The translations under genes and the position numbers were made by a program. This document shows, piece by piece, positions 52,708 through 63,410 of a DNA stretch of 64,000 nt. The stretch comes from an uncultured Actinomycetota bacterium. GTDB lineage: Bacteria > Actinomycetota > Actinomycetes > JAHEKZ01. Positions within the stretch are counted from its first letter, which is position 1. Every line of letters starts with the position of its first letter. The notes under the pieces were generated by a model, which had not been told where the DNA came from, did no database searches, and saw only the letters and a list, made by a program, of their open reading frames with translations. The stretch lies in the NCBI GenBank assembly GCA_963718235.1, contig CAVQYR010000001.1, positions 1,248,001-1,312,000 on the forward strand. Direction: 5' to 3'.

Positions 52708-54036
52708 CTACTGCGTCTTCCACAGCGTCCGGTTGACCAGGTTCTCGAGCTGCTCCTGACGCCCGCTCACCGGTGATGGGTCGATACCGCCTTCGGCCAC
52801 TCGCTTCTCCAGGTCGGCCAGGGACAGTCCACCTGCCAAGATCTCCAACCCCAGGCGCTGCGACCACCCGGCGTACCTCGCGTCACGTGCAGCTTCGATG
52901 TACCCGTCCTCGACCATCCTGGCCGCCACCAGCAGCGACAGGGCGAGGACGTCCATGCCTCCGATGTGCCCGTGGAACAGGTCGTCGCGCGCCAGGCTCT
53001 GGCGTCGGAGCTTGGAGTCGAAGTTCATGCCACCGGTGGTGAAGCCTCCGCCGCGCAGGATCTCGTACAACGCCAGGCTCATCTCCTCGATGGAGTTGGG
53101 GAACTGGTCGGTGTCCCAGCCGTTCTGCGGGTCGCCACGGTTGGCGTCGATGCTGCCGAAGACCCCGTTGTCGACGGCGTACGCGACCTCGTGGTGGAAG
53201 CTGTGCCCGGCGAGGGTCGCGTGGTTCACCTCGATGTTCACGAAGTACTCACCGAGCAGGCCGTACCGCTCGAGGAAGCCGTGGACGGTGGCACAGTCGT
53301 AGTCGTACTGGTGCTTGGTCGGCTCCTGCGGCTTGGGCTCGATGAGCAGGGTCCCTTCGAACCCGATCGAGTGCTTGTACTCGGCCACGAGGTGCAGGAA
53401 CCGCGCGAGCTGGTCGGCCTCCTGCTTCATCCGGGTGTTGAGGAGGGTCTCGTAGCCCTCGCGCCCGCCCCAGAGCACGTAGTTGGCGCCACCCAGCCGG
53501 TGCGTCGCATCGAGCGCGTTCTTCACCTGCGCGGCCGCGTAGGCGAAGGCCTCCGGGTTGGGATTGGTGGCCGCACCCGCTGCGAACCTCGGGTGGCTGA
53601 ACGCGTTGCTGGTGCCCCAGAGCAGTCGGACCCCGGTGCGCACCATCTGCTCCCCGGCATAGTCGACCATCTCCTCGAGGTTGCGTCGGCTCTGGGCGAA
53701 GTCGTCGCCGGCCGGGGCCATGTCGATGTCGTGGAAGGTGAAGAAGGGAACCCCCAGCTTGGCGAAGAGCTCGAACGCGGCATCCATCTTCTGACGCGCG
53801 GCTGCCATGGGGTCGGACGCCGGCTGCAACCACGGCCGGTCGAAGGTGCCCGATCCGAACACGTCGCTGCCCGGCCAGTTGAACGAGTGCCAGTAGCACA
53901 CGGCCATCCGCAGGTGCTCGTCCATGCGCTTGCCGAGCACGAGCCGCTCGGGGTTGTAGTACCGGAAGGCGAGGTCGTTCTCGGTGTCTGGGCCCTCGAA
54001 GGCGATCGGGCTGACGTCGGCGAAGAACTCGGGCAC
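52708..54036 (-). CDS. xylA: Xylose isomerase, class II (442 aa)
   Basis: N-terminal FEGP...LAFRYY extension, [49 protein letters not shown]. Confidence 0.96.
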   Translation of the reverse strand: MPEFFADVSPIAFEGPDTENDLAFRYYNPERLVLGKRMDEHLRMAVCYWHSFNWPGSDVFGSGTFDRPWLQPASDPMAAARQKMDAAFELFAKLGVPFFTFHDIDMAPAGDDFAQSRRNLEEMVDYAGEQMVRTGVRLLWGTSNAFSHPRFAAGAATNPNPEAFAYAAAQVKNALDATHRLGGANYVLWGGREGYETLLNTRMKQEADQLARFLHLVAEYKHSIGFEGTLLIEPKPQEPTKHQYDYDCATVHGFLERYGLLGEYFVNIEVNHATLAGHSFHHEVAYAVDNGVFGSIDANRGDPQNGWDTDQFPNSIEEMSLALYEILRGGGFTTGGMNFDSKLRRQSLARDDLFHGHIGGMDVLALSLLVAARMVEDGYIEAARDARYAGWSQRLGLEILAGGLSLADLEKRVAEGGIDPSPVSGRQEQLENLVNRTLWKTQ

Positions 54037-54059
54037 GGTGGCCTCCTGGAGTGGTCGGG

Positions 54060-55028
54060 CTACGACCCCAGTATCTCGTCTATCACCCTCATGTTCGCCA
54101 TCGCGTCGGAAACGGGCACGGGGACGTCGGTGTCGTCCAGGATCGCCCGGCTGAACAGCTCGGCCTGGAGGGTGTACTGGTTGGCCGGAGGGAAGGTCAG
54201 GCTCTCCGCGTCCGCGCCGTCGACCGTGAGGTGGATCCGCGTCTCGCGGTCCCAGGGGATGTTGAAGGGGATCTCGACCTCGATCCGCCCTCGCGTCCCC
54301 ACGATGTTCACCCGCTGGTAGGGCTCACACCGGATGCAGACGGTGAAGGTCGACTGGCCACCGTCGGGGAAGGCGAGGACGGCAGAGGTCGTGGTGTCGA
54401 TCCCCATGACCGGGTCACGTCGGACCTGGGCGGCGACCGCCGTGGGTTCCGCCAGGAAGAGCATCCGGGACAGGTTGATCGGGTAGCAGCCGATGTCCAT
54501 CAGGGCGCCACCGCCGTGGCCGACCTGGTTGCGGATGTTGGCCGGGTCGTCGTTGTAGTAGCTGAACCAGGTCTGGACCCCCTGCAGGCGACCGATCGCG
54601 CCGGTCCGGACGAGCCTGGTGGCCTCGACCCAGGTGGGGTGGTGGCGGTACATGAACGCCTCCTGGAGCTTGACGCCGGCCTGAGCACAGGCGTGCGCCA
54701 TCTCCTGGGCCTGCGCTGCGCTCAGGGCGAGCGGCTTCTCACACAGGACGTGTTTGCCCGCCTGTGCCGCCTTGAGGGTCCACTCCGCGTGCTGGTCGTT
54801 GGGCAGCGGGACGTACACGGCGTCGACATCCTCGGCCGCGAGCAGGGCCTCGTAGCTCTGGTAGGCGGCAGGGATGCCCAGCCGTGCGGCTGCAGCCTCG
54901 CTGCGGCTCGCGTCGCGAGAGGCGATGGCCACCACCTCGCACCCCTGCGCGCGCTGGATCGCGGGGGTCACCTCGACCATGCCGATGTCTGCGGTGCTGA
55001 GGACTCCCCATCGAACGGTGCTCACCAC
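54060..55028 (-). CDS. Gfo/Idh/MocA oxidoreductase (possible aldose dehydrogenase)
   Basis: [39 protein letters not shown]. Confidence 0.88.
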   Translation of the reverse strand: MVSTVRWGVLSTADIGMVEVTPAIQRAQGCEVVAIASRDASRSEAAAARLGIPAAYQSYEALLAAEDVDAVYVPLPNDQHAEWTLKAAQAGKHVLCEKPLALSAAQAQEMAHACAQAGVKLQEAFMYRHHPTWVEATRLVRTGAIGRLQGVQTWFSYYNDDPANIRNQVGHGGGALMDIGCYPINLSRMLFLAEPTAVAAQVRRDPVMGIDTTTSAVLAFPDGGQSTFTVCIRCEPYQRVNIVGTRGRIEVEIPFNIPWDRETRIHLTVDGADAESLTFPPANQYTLQAELFSRAILDDTDVPVPVSDAMANMRVIDEILGS

Positions 55029-55083
55029 TCACCGACTCTCGCCGTCGGTGGGTGGCCCTGCCCAAGGTGGCACAAGGGGCGGG

Positions 55084-55605
55084 TCAGCCGCGCTTCAGCA
55101 GCTTGGTCGGCCCGGCGTGGCCGCCAGTGACCGAGCCGTAGTTGTTGCCGTCGGCCTCCAAGCGCACACTGTTGGGTGCGTTGTCGAGGCAGGAGCGCGG
55201 GATCACGATCCGGTAGGCGCCGGTGGCCTTGACCCGGCTGAACTCGAACGTTCGGCAGCGCACCGCCTTCGCGTCCTCCGGTTGACCCGTCGAGGTGTAG
55301 TACAGGTCGGTTGCCCACTTGGCGCCATAGCAGCCGCCCTGGGCGAAGTAGAGGACCTTCCCTGCACGGTTCTCGAGGTTGACCGTGAGGGTCTGGGCGC
55401 CCCCGCACGCCTTGCCGAGCCCGAAGACCTGGGCCGTCACCGCGTTCGCCCCGTTGTTAGCGACCAGCTTCGTGATGTCGCCGCGGCCAGGGCCAGGGGC
55501 GCTGCCGAGGACGGTCTGCGACTGCGCGCTGGCCACACCGGCACCAAGGACGGTCATGCTGGCCAGGACGATGGCGGCAACTGCTGCTCGGCGCATGGAG
55601 GTCAC
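55084..55605 (-). CDS. Secreted hypothetical protein
   Basis: MRRAAVAAIVL...ASA signal peptide; four Cys. Confidence 0.6.
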   Translation of the reverse strand: MTSMRRAAVAAIVLASMTVLGAGVASAQSQTVLGSAPGPGRGDITKLVANNGANAVTAQVFGLGKACGGAQTLTVNLENRAGKVLYFAQGGCYGAKWATDLYYTSTGQPEDAKAVRCRTFEFSRVKATGAYRIVIPRSCLDNAPNSVRLEADGNNYGSVTGGHAGPTKLLKRG

Positions 55606-55740
55606 CTCTGCTCGACGGGTTGCCGACCCTAGCGACGCCCCTGAGGCTTGTCAGTCGAAGGCCAGAAGTTCACGCCGAAGGACGATCAGACGGCATCCTG
55701 TGACCGGCAGTACGCGCAGCTTGCGGAAGGTGGGGCGAAG

Positions 55741-57288
55741 GTGGATGGCGCAGTGGCGAGCCCGCATCGTCTGGCGACGGCAGCGGGTGAGCAGGTGCTC
55801 GCGGAGGGCGGGTCCGCGGTGGACGCTGCCATCGCGACAGCGGCTGTGCTTGCCGTGGTGGCGCCTCATCAGTGCGGGATCGGTGGTGATGCGGTTGCGC
55901 TGGTTGCCGAGCCCGGTGCGGACATCGCCTGCTACCAGGGGGCCGGTCGGTCGGCGGCTGCGGTCGACGTCGACGCCGTGCGGCAGCTCGGGCACGGCCC
56001 GATGCCGGTGTTCGGTCCACACTCGGTCACTGTTCCCGGGGCGGTCTCCGCGTGGGCCGCGATGCATGCCGACGCGGGCCGGCTGCCCTGGTCCGGGTTG
56101 TTCGACGACGCGACCACGTTGGCCGCGGACGGCTTCGGCGTCGGCCGCGGGCTGAGCGAGGCGATCGCCGACAGCTCGGGCCGGGTCCGTGTGGATCCTG
56201 GCCTGCATGCTCTCCTGACCCTGGACGACAAGCCTCTGACGCTCGGTGACCACCTGCAGCAGCCGGCGCTCGCGCAGACCCTCACCGCACTGGCCTCCGC
56301 CGGACCGGATGCGCTGTACCGGGGGCCGGTCGGAGCGTCACTGGTGGAGCATCTGCGGTCCCTCGGGTCGTCGTTGTCCGTCGAAGACCTCACCGGTCAC
56401 CTGTGCGAGCGCCCCGAACCGATCGAGTCAGCGTGGAGGGGCGCCAGGCTGTGGACTGCTCCACCCCCGTCGCAAGGGGTGGTCCTGTTCCACATCCTCG
56501 CCCTCCTGGACGAACTCGGTGGCTCGAACGACCTGCTCGGGTCAGACGCCGACCTGTTGGCCGGGGTGTTCGCGGCGTCGACCACGTTCCGGGAGGAGCG
56601 GCTGGCCGACCCGCGGGCGTCGCCGGTCGACGTCTCCCACGGGGTGCACCCGGACGACATCGCGAGGACCGCGGGTCAGATCAGGGAGGGGGCACGACCG
56701 GCGGCCGCGCCCTCGCCCTCGCCCCGGCGTCCCGACGGCGACACCGTGGCCGTCGTGGCTGCGGACGCCGAAGGAGGCTTCGTCTCCCTCATCTTCAGCC
56801 TCTTCTACTCGTTCGGTTCAGGGATCTGCGACCCCTCCACCGGAGTGGTCCTGCACAACCGAGGGGCCGGGTTCACCCTGGACGCCGGGTCGCCGAACTG
56901 CCTGGCGCCGAGCCGTCGCCCGGCCCACAGCCTGATGCCGTTGCTGCTGGCCGACGACGAGGGCGTGTTCGCCGCGCACGGCACGATGGGGGGCTACGGC
57001 CAGCCGCAGATCCACGCCCAGCTGCTGCTGCGCCTGGATGCGGGGCAGACGCCCACCGAGGCGGTGACCGCCCCCCGATGGGTGGTCGGGCGCCCAGACG
57101 ACGACGGCGGCCTCCAGATCGAGGTCGAGCGCTCCGCGCCGGGCGTGGTCCAGGACTCACTGGGCAGAGCCGGGCTTCCCGTCCAGCTGCTGGCCGACCT
57201 GGACAGCGAGGTTGGTCACGCCCAGCTGGTGCGTCGCGATGCCTCGGGCGCGCTGCTGGTCGCGACGGACCCACGCGCCGAAGGCTGA
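55741..57288 (+). CDS. Gamma-glutamyltransferase family Ntn hydrolase, cytoplasmic type
   Basis: GGSAVDAAIA, GIGGD, VTVPG, PPPSQG, GD|T nucleophile, HNRG, RPAHSL, GTMGG.GQPQ, DPRAEG. Confidence 0.88.
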   Translation: MDGAVASPHRLATAAGEQVLAEGGSAVDAAIATAAVLAVVAPHQCGIGGDAVALVAEPGADIACYQGAGRSAAAVDVDAVRQLGHGPMPVFGPHSVTVPGAVSAWAAMHADAGRLPWSGLFDDATTLAADGFGVGRGLSEAIADSSGRVRVDPGLHALLTLDDKPLTLGDHLQQPALAQTLTALASAGPDALYRGPVGASLVEHLRSLGSSLSVEDLTGHLCERPEPIESAWRGARLWTAPPPSQGVVLFHILALLDELGGSNDLLGSDADLLAGVFAASTTFREERLADPRASPVDVSHGVHPDDIARTAGQIREGARPAAAPSPSPRRPDGDTVAVVAADAEGGFVSLIFSLFYSFGSGICDPSTGVVLHNRGAGFTLDAGSPNCLAPSRRPAHSLMPLLLADDEGVFAAHGTMGGYGQPQIHAQLLLRLDAGQTPTEAVTAPRWVVGRPDDDGGLQIEVERSAPGVVQDSLGRAGLPVQLLADLDSEVGHAQLVRRDASGALLVATDPRAEG

Positions 57289-57311
57289 CCCGGCCGGTGT
57301 TGAATGCCCGG

Positions 57312-58991
57312 ATGAGCGACCCGAGTGCTGCCCGAGACTCCGTCCAGCCGTCCGCCAGTGGCCCTGCCGACCTCGTCATCACCGACGCCGACGTCTACAC
57401 CGTCGACGCGGCCCGCAGCTGGGCCAGGGGACTGGCCGTGCGTGGCGGCCAGATCATCGCTGTCGAGCCCGATCCAACCGACCTCGAGGCGCACATCGGT
57501 CCACGCACCGAGGTGCTGTCCCTGCCCGGGCGGATGGTCGTGCCGGGGTTCCAGGACGCACACATCCACACCCCCTTCGCGGGGCGTAACCGACTGCGCA
57601 TCTTCCTCAACGACCTCGAAGGGCGCCAGGAGTACCTGGAGGTGATCGCCCGTTACGCGGCGGACAACCCGGATGAGCCGTGGATCGTCGGTGGGGGCTG
57701 GGCCATGGAGTACTTCCCCGGGGGGACGCCGACCAAGGACGACCTCGACGCCATCGTTGCCGACCGGCCGGTCTTCTTGTTGAACCGTGACGTCCACGGT
57801 GCCTGGGTCAACTCCAAGGCGCTGGAGATCGCCGGGATCGACAAGGACACCCCGGACCCGGCCGACGGGAGGATCGAGCGTGACCCGGTGACGGGGGAGC
57901 CCTCCGGAACCCTGCACGAGGGGGCGGCCTACTCGTTCAACGACCGGGTCGTTCCGCTGCCGGACCGCGCCGAGTGGGAGGCCGCGATCCTGGAGGGGCA
58001 GCGACACCTGCACTCTCTCGGTATCACCGCTTGGCAGGACGCCTGGGTGACGCCCGGGACCTTGGAGGCGTACCGATCCCTGGCCGACTCCGGCCAGCTT
58101 CAGGCTCGCGTGGTCGGGTCCCTGTGGTGGGACCGCCACCGAGGCCTCGAGCAGATCCCTGAGCTGTTGACCCAGCGGGAGTCCGGCACGGTCGGGTCGT
58201 TCAGTGCGACCACGGTCAAGATCATGACCGACGGTGTGCTGGAGAACTTCACCGGCGCCCTGCTGGAGCCGTACTGCGACGGGTGCGGCGGACACACCGA
58301 CAACCACGGTCTCTCCTACGTCGAGCGGGACCTGCTCGCCGCCGCCGTCACCGAGCTGGACCGGCTTGGCTTCCAGGTGCACATGCACGCGATCGGCGAC
58401 CGTGCGGTTCGTAACGCGTTGGACGCCGTCGCGGCAGCCCGGGCGGCCAACGGCATGAATGACCGGCGCCACCACATCGCCCACGTGCAGATCGTCCAGC
58501 CGGAGGACGTACCCCGGTTCCGCGAGCTCGGCGTCGTGGCCAACTGCCAGCCCTTCTGGGCCCAGATGGAGCCCCAGATGGAGGAGCTGACCCTGCCGTT
58601 CCTGGGCCGGGACCGGGCCGACCTGCAGTACCCCTTCGGTGACCTCCTGCGCTCCGGCGCCGTGCTGGCGGGTGGCAGCGACTGGTCGGTGACCACCGCC
58701 AACCCGCTTGAGGAGATCGAGGTGATGGTCAACCGGGTGGGCACCGAGAACCGCGGAGGAGCCCCCTACCTGCCCGAGCAACGGGTCCCCCTCCCCGCGG
58801 CGTTCGCCGCCTTCACGATGGGCACCGCCTACGTCAACCACGACGACCACGCTTCGGGGTCGGTCGAGGTCGGCAAGCGAGCCGACCTGGCGGTTCTGGA
58901 CCGAAACCTGTTCGCCGCCGGTGCTGGAGCGGTCGCCGAGGCCCACGTCGAGGCCACCTACGTGGGGGGTCGGCAGGTGTTCGGTGAGTGA
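57312..58991 (+). CDS. YtcJ/NfdA-like amidohydrolase
   Basis: VPGFQDAHIH, DVHGAWVNS, HMHAIGD, HIAHVQ, GSDW, GKRADL. Confidence 0.9.
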   Translation: MSDPSAARDSVQPSASGPADLVITDADVYTVDAARSWARGLAVRGGQIIAVEPDPTDLEAHIGPRTEVLSLPGRMVVPGFQDAHIHTPFAGRNRLRIFLNDLEGRQEYLEVIARYAADNPDEPWIVGGGWAMEYFPGGTPTKDDLDAIVADRPVFLLNRDVHGAWVNSKALEIAGIDKDTPDPADGRIERDPVTGEPSGTLHEGAAYSFNDRVVPLPDRAEWEAAILEGQRHLHSLGITAWQDAWVTPGTLEAYRSLADSGQLQARVVGSLWWDRHRGLEQIPELLTQRESGTVGSFSATTVKIMTDGVLENFTGALLEPYCDGCGGHTDNHGLSYVERDLLAAAVTELDRLGFQVHMHAIGDRAVRNALDAVAAARAANGMNDRRHHIAHVQIVQPEDVPRFRELGVVANCQPFWAQMEPQMEELTLPFLGRDRADLQYPFGDLLRSGAVLAGGSDWSVTTANPLEEIEVMVNRVGTENRGGAPYLPEQRVPLPAAFAAFTMGTAYVNHDDHASGSVEVGKRADLAVLDRNLFAAGAGAVAEAHVEATYVGGRQVFGE

Positions 58992-59136
58992 CGAGGGACT
59001 CGGCGCTGCCGAGTCTCGTAACGATGTGGTCGCAAGTGGTCCCGCACCCCTGGACGGTCTGGTTGACTCGGGGCCTACGCGACGGTCCGGTGCGGCGGGC
59101 GTCGCGCGCCTGTCGACGAGGAGAGGTTCTTAGCCT

Positions 59137-60273
59137 GTGAGTGGCGACAAGGGCTCGGTCGAGCTGGTCAACGTGACGAAGAAGTTCGGCGACTTCACCG
59201 CCGTGGACGCCCTGAACCTCCAGGTCGAGCCGGGCGAGTTCCTCTCGCTGCTGGGGCCGAGTGGCTGCGGCAAGACGACGACGCTGCGCATGCTCGCCGG
59301 CTTCGAGGAGCCGACCGCGGGCGAGATCCTCATCTCGGGCCAGCCGGTCCAGGGTCGCCCCCCCTACAAGCGCGACGTCAACACCGTCTTCCAGGCGTAC
59401 GCCCTGTTCCCGCACATGACCGTCGCGGAGAACGTCGCCTACGGGCTTCGGCAGAAGAAGACGGGCAAGTCCGAGATCAACTCCAAGGTCAGCGAAGCGC
59501 TCGACATGGTGAAGATGCGGGCGATGGCGGGGCGTAAGCCCAACCAGCTTTCCGGCGGTCAGCAGCAGCGGGTAGCCGTGGCCCGGGCGCTGGTCAACCG
59601 GCCGAGCCTGCTGCTGCTCGACGAGCCTCTGGGCGCCCTCGACCGCAAGCTGCGCGAGGAGATGCAGATCGAGCTGAAGCTGTTGCAGAGCCAGCTCGGG
59701 ATCACGTTCATCTTCGTCACCCACGACCAGGAGGAAGCGCTGTCGATGAGTGACCGGATCGCGGTCATGCTCGACGGACACGTCGAACAGCTCGCCGATC
59801 CCTACGCGATCTACGAGCACCCCGCGACCGCTTTCGTGGCCGGCTTCATCGGCCAGCAGAACTTCTTCGAGGGCACGGCGTCCGACGGGGGCAAGACCGT
59901 CACCGGCGACGGCTGGGTCGCGCAGACCGACCGCCCCTCGGAGCCGATCTCCGACGGCGCGGAGGCGCTCGTCGCCGTAAGGCCGGAGACCGTCTCGGTC
60001 GGGGAGGACCGCCCTGACCAGAACACGAACCTCCGCCACGGGACTCTCGCGGGTGTGTCGCACCTCGGCGACGTCATCCAGTTCGTGGTCTCCACCGGCG
60101 AGGGCAAGGAGATCCTCAGCCGGGTGCCGCGCACCAAGGCCCCGAGGCTTCTCCCCGGAGCGTCGGTGTGGTGCTCCTGGGACGCCGAGCACACCTACGT
60201 CTTCGGGTCATCGCAGGCCGACATCGTCCTGGCCGACCCAGCTGAGCTGGTCGAGACCGGCCTCGGTGAGTAA
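59137..60273 (+). CDS. potA: Polyamine-type ABC transporter ATPase
   Basis: GPSGCGKT, VNTVFQ.YALFPH, LSGGQQQR, LDEPLGALD, TOBE domain. Confidence 0.88.
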   Translation: MSGDKGSVELVNVTKKFGDFTAVDALNLQVEPGEFLSLLGPSGCGKTTTLRMLAGFEEPTAGEILISGQPVQGRPPYKRDVNTVFQAYALFPHMTVAENVAYGLRQKKTGKSEINSKVSEALDMVKMRAMAGRKPNQLSGGQQQRVAVARALVNRPSLLLLDEPLGALDRKLREEMQIELKLLQSQLGITFIFVTHDQEEALSMSDRIAVMLDGHVEQLADPYAIYEHPATAFVAGFIGQQNFFEGTASDGGKTVTGDGWVAQTDRPSEPISDGAEALVAVRPETVSVGEDRPDQNTNLRHGTLAGVSHLGDVIQFVVSTGEGKEILSRVPRTKAPRLLPGASVWCSWDAEHTYVFGSSQADIVLADPAELVETGLGE

Positions 60274-60324
60274 CTCGCTTCCGTGCGCAGGAACGCGCAC
60301 GGACCAACTGGAAGGACACCGCAG

Positions 60325-61512
60325 ATGAGTGACGAGCCCACGCTGAAGATTCTTGCCTCGCGTGAAGGAGCTCGGCAGATCTCCCGGCGCGCCTTCATGG
60401 CAGGTGCCAGCGTCACGGCAGTCGGGGGGAGCCTGATCCTCTCGGCCTGTGGCGGCAGCGACGACACCGGCGGGGAGCCGACGCCCAGCGCAGCCCCGTC
60501 GGGAGCCGTCGAGAGCGCGCTCAACATCTACAACTGGGCCGACTACAACGACCCCAAGCTGTACAAGAAGTTCACTGCGGAGACCGGGGCCAAGGTCCAG
60601 GTCGACATCTTCGACTCCAACGAGCAGGCCGTGGCCAAGCTGAACGCCGCGGGCGGCACCAGCGGTTTCGACCTCATGTGTCCCACGGGCACGTTCATCC
60701 CCCTGATGGTTCAGCAGCAGCTGATCCAGCCGCTGGACACCGCGCGCCTGACGAACTTCGGCAACATCGCCCCGGAGTACCTCGACCAGTCGTGGGACCT
60801 GGGGAACAAGTACTCCGTCCCCAAGGACTGGGGTACGACCGGCTTCATGTACGACAAGCGCGCGATCACCCGACCCATGAAGACCTGGCAGGACTTCATG
60901 GACGCCATGCAGAACGAGGCCGCGAACAACACCTCGGTGCTCGCTACGCCGAACAACTTGTGCTCCCTGTTCTTCTGGACCCAGGATCCGGTCCTCGACT
61001 GGACAACCACGGACACCGCTGAGCTGGACGCGTGCGAGACGTACATCCTCGAGGAGGTGGCGCCCTACGTGAAGGCGTACGACTCCTACCCCGGTATCGC
61101 GATCACCCAGGGCAAGTACGTGCTGTCGCAGATCTGGAACGGTGACGCCCGCGCCGGGCTGACGCGTGGCGACAACCCGGAGAACTTCGAATGGGTCTTC
61201 CCAGACGGGACCACCGAGATCTGGATGGACACCTGGACGGTGGTGGCCGGCGCGCCGAACCCCAACGCCGCCTACGCCTGGATCGACTGGATCCTGCAGC
61301 CGGAGATCTCCTACATCGACCTCAAGTACCACGGCTACAACACTGCCATCAAGGGGATCGAGGAGAAGGCGCTGGCCGACGGCATCCCCTACCCGGAGAT
61401 CATCTTCTTCGACGAGGACCAGGTCGCACAGATGGTGGCCGGCGCGGTCAACGAGGGTCTGGACCGGCAGAACGAGATCTACCAGCAGGCCAAGGCCGTC
61501 TCCGCCAGCTGA
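60325..61512 (+). CDS. potD: PotD/PotF-family binding lipoprotein with Tat signal
   Basis: SRRAFM...LSAC; LNIYNWADY, WGTTG, IWNGDA, IWMDTW. Confidence 0.82.
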   Translation: MSDEPTLKILASREGARQISRRAFMAGASVTAVGGSLILSACGGSDDTGGEPTPSAAPSGAVESALNIYNWADYNDPKLYKKFTAETGAKVQVDIFDSNEQAVAKLNAAGGTSGFDLMCPTGTFIPLMVQQQLIQPLDTARLTNFGNIAPEYLDQSWDLGNKYSVPKDWGTTGFMYDKRAITRPMKTWQDFMDAMQNEAANNTSVLATPNNLCSLFFWTQDPVLDWTTTDTAELDACETYILEEVAPYVKAYDSYPGIAITQGKYVLSQIWNGDARAGLTRGDNPENFEWVFPDGTTEIWMDTWTVVAGAPNPNAAYAWIDWILQPEISYIDLKYHGYNTAIKGIEEKALADGIPYPEIIFFDEDQVAQMVAGAVNEGLDRQNEIYQQAKAVSAS

Positions 61513-61535
61513 CCCGAAGGAGTACCTGTCCACCC

Positions 61536-62519
61536 ATGAGCACCCAGGCTCCGGAGCGGCCGCCAGCCGCTGCGCCTCCGCCGGTCGCGCCCGCGCCCAG
61601 GGCGCGTCGGCGGGCGCCGAAGTTCACCATGGCGATCCCCGCGTGGGCGTGGCTGCTGGTCTTCTTCCTGATCCCGGTCGGCTTCATCCTCGTCTACAGC
61701 TTCGGGCGCAAGCCCGGGCTGCTGGAGCTGAAGCCCGGCCAGATCAACACGATCGCCCTCGACCAGTGGCCGACCTTCGAGCGCTACCAGGAGGTGCTGG
61801 ACGGCCCGATCCTGTCGACCTTCCAGAACACCCTGCAGATCGCCATCATCGGCACCCTGGCCTGCCTGCTGATCGGCTTCCCGTTCGCCTACTGGCTGGC
61901 GGTCAAGGTGCCGGAGAGGTACCGGGCGATCCTGCTCGGACTCATCCTGGTGCCGTTCTGGACCAACTTCTTGATCCGAACGATCGCCTGGCAGATCCTG
62001 CTGTTCCCCGAGGGCTGGTTCTCCGGACTGCTCCAGGACATCGGGTTGCTGGGCGGTCCACTCGCGGTGCTCGACACCAGAGCGGCAGTCCAGATCGGGG
62101 TCGTCTACAACTACCTGGTCCTGATGATCCTGCCCTTGTTCGTGGCGCTGGACCGGATCGACCCGGCCCTGCGCGACGGCAGCAAGGACCTGGGTGCCAA
62201 CCGGATCAAGACGTTCATGCAGGTGACCTTGCCCCTGGCGATGCCTGGGGTCGTCTCGGGGCTGCTGCTCGTGTTCATCCCGTTGATGGGCGACTACATC
62301 ACCGCCTCGATCCTCGGTGGCGCCAAGGGCACCATGGCTGGACAGCTGGTCTACGACCAGTTCCTGGTGGCGCAGAACTGGGCACTGGGGTCGGCGATGG
62401 CCATGTTCTTGATCATGACGATCCTGGTCACGGTTCTCGTCTTTGCGGCGGTGTTCCTACTCGTTGCCTGGGTCCTGAGACGTCGCCGCCGGGTCACCTT
62501 GACGGAGGTGACCGCATGA
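61536..62519 (+). CDS. potB: Polyamine-type ABC permease
   Basis: LVPFWTNFLIR, VYNYL, SKDLGAN, VFIPLMGDY. Confidence 0.85.
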   Translation: MSTQAPERPPAAAPPPVAPAPRARRRAPKFTMAIPAWAWLLVFFLIPVGFILVYSFGRKPGLLELKPGQINTIALDQWPTFERYQEVLDGPILSTFQNTLQIAIIGTLACLLIGFPFAYWLAVKVPERYRAILLGLILVPFWTNFLIRTIAWQILLFPEGWFSGLLQDIGLLGGPLAVLDTRAAVQIGVVYNYLVLMILPLFVALDRIDPALRDGSKDLGANRIKTFMQVTLPLAMPGVVSGLLLVFIPLMGDYITASILGGAKGTMAGQLVYDQFLVAQNWALGSAMAMFLIMTILVTVLVFAAVFLLVAWVLRRRRRVTLTEVTA

Positions 62520-63400
62520 CCGCAGTCGCTGCTGCTCCCGCGCCGGCCCCGGTGGTCAAGCGGAAGATCGACTGGGTCACGGTAGGGCTCTACGTGTGGG
62601 GCATCGCGACCCTGATCTTCCTGTTCCTGCCGGTCATCCTGGTCACCGTCTACTCGTTCAACTCCGGTCCGGCGCTGCTCGTCTGGCGTGGGTTCAGCAC
62701 CGAGCCCTTCGGTACCGCACTTGCCGACTCCCAGCTCACCGGACCCATGATCACCTCGGTGAAGGTGGCGCTGGGCGCTGCCGTCATTGCGACCATCCTG
62801 GGGACCTTCGCCGGCATGGCACTGGGCCGGCGTCCGGGCAAGTGGACGGTCCTCTTCATCGGTCTGATCGCTCTGGTGCTGGTCACGCCTGAGATCGTCG
62901 ACGGCATCTCCATGTTGCTGTGGTTCGTCCAGCTCGGTGACATCCCGGGCCTGGCGTTCTTCGACAACGGGCTCATCCGACTGTTCATCGGCACCTCGTT
63001 GTTCGCAGTGGCCGTCGTCACGCTGATCGTGCGCGCGCGCGTGGCTGGGCTCTCGGAGTCACTCGAGGAGGCCGCCGCCGACCTCTATGCCGCACCGTGG
63101 AACCGGTTCCGCCAGGTCACGTTCCCGTTGTTGGCTCCGGCGATCATCTCCGGCGGCTTGCTGGCGTTCTCCCTGAGCCTGGACAACACGATCATCGCCC
63201 AGTTCGTCAGCGTCGGTGGAACTGCGACCTGGCCGGTCTACGTGTGGGGGTCGGTCCGGCAGGGGCTCAAGCCGGAGGTCGCGGCGATGTCCACCCTGCT
63301 GCTGATCCTGACCCTGACCTCGCTCATCCTGGTGGCTCTGGTGCTCCGCCGCTCCGGGGCGTCGTCCAAGGAGATCGCCACGACCATGGCCGGCCAGTAG
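62516..63400 (+). CDS. potC: Polyamine-type ABC permease
   Basis: YSFN, TPEIV, LEEAAADLYA, FSLSLD; ATGA overlap. Confidence 0.85.
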   Translation: MTAVAAAPAPAPVVKRKIDWVTVGLYVWGIATLIFLFLPVILVTVYSFNSGPALLVWRGFSTEPFGTALADSQLTGPMITSVKVALGAAVIATILGTFAGMALGRRPGKWTVLFIGLIALVLVTPEIVDGISMLLWFVQLGDIPGLAFFDNGLIRLFIGTSLFAVAVVTLIVRARVAGLSESLEEAAADLYAAPWNRFRQVTFPLLAPAIISGGLLAFSLSLDNTIIAQFVSVGGTATWPVYVWGSVRQGLKPEVAAMSTLLLILTLTSLILVALVLRRSGASSKEIATTMAGQ

Positions 63401-63410
63401 ACCCACGCGA

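Noticed and set aside
56403-57311. Long N-terminal extensions in the ORF track (862-aa amidohydrolase, 744-aa potC, 453-aa TIGR03943, 352-aa uppS)
   Set aside because: They are alternative-frame run-ins through upstream genes; internal starts have SD, overlap or leaderless support, so these are not fusions
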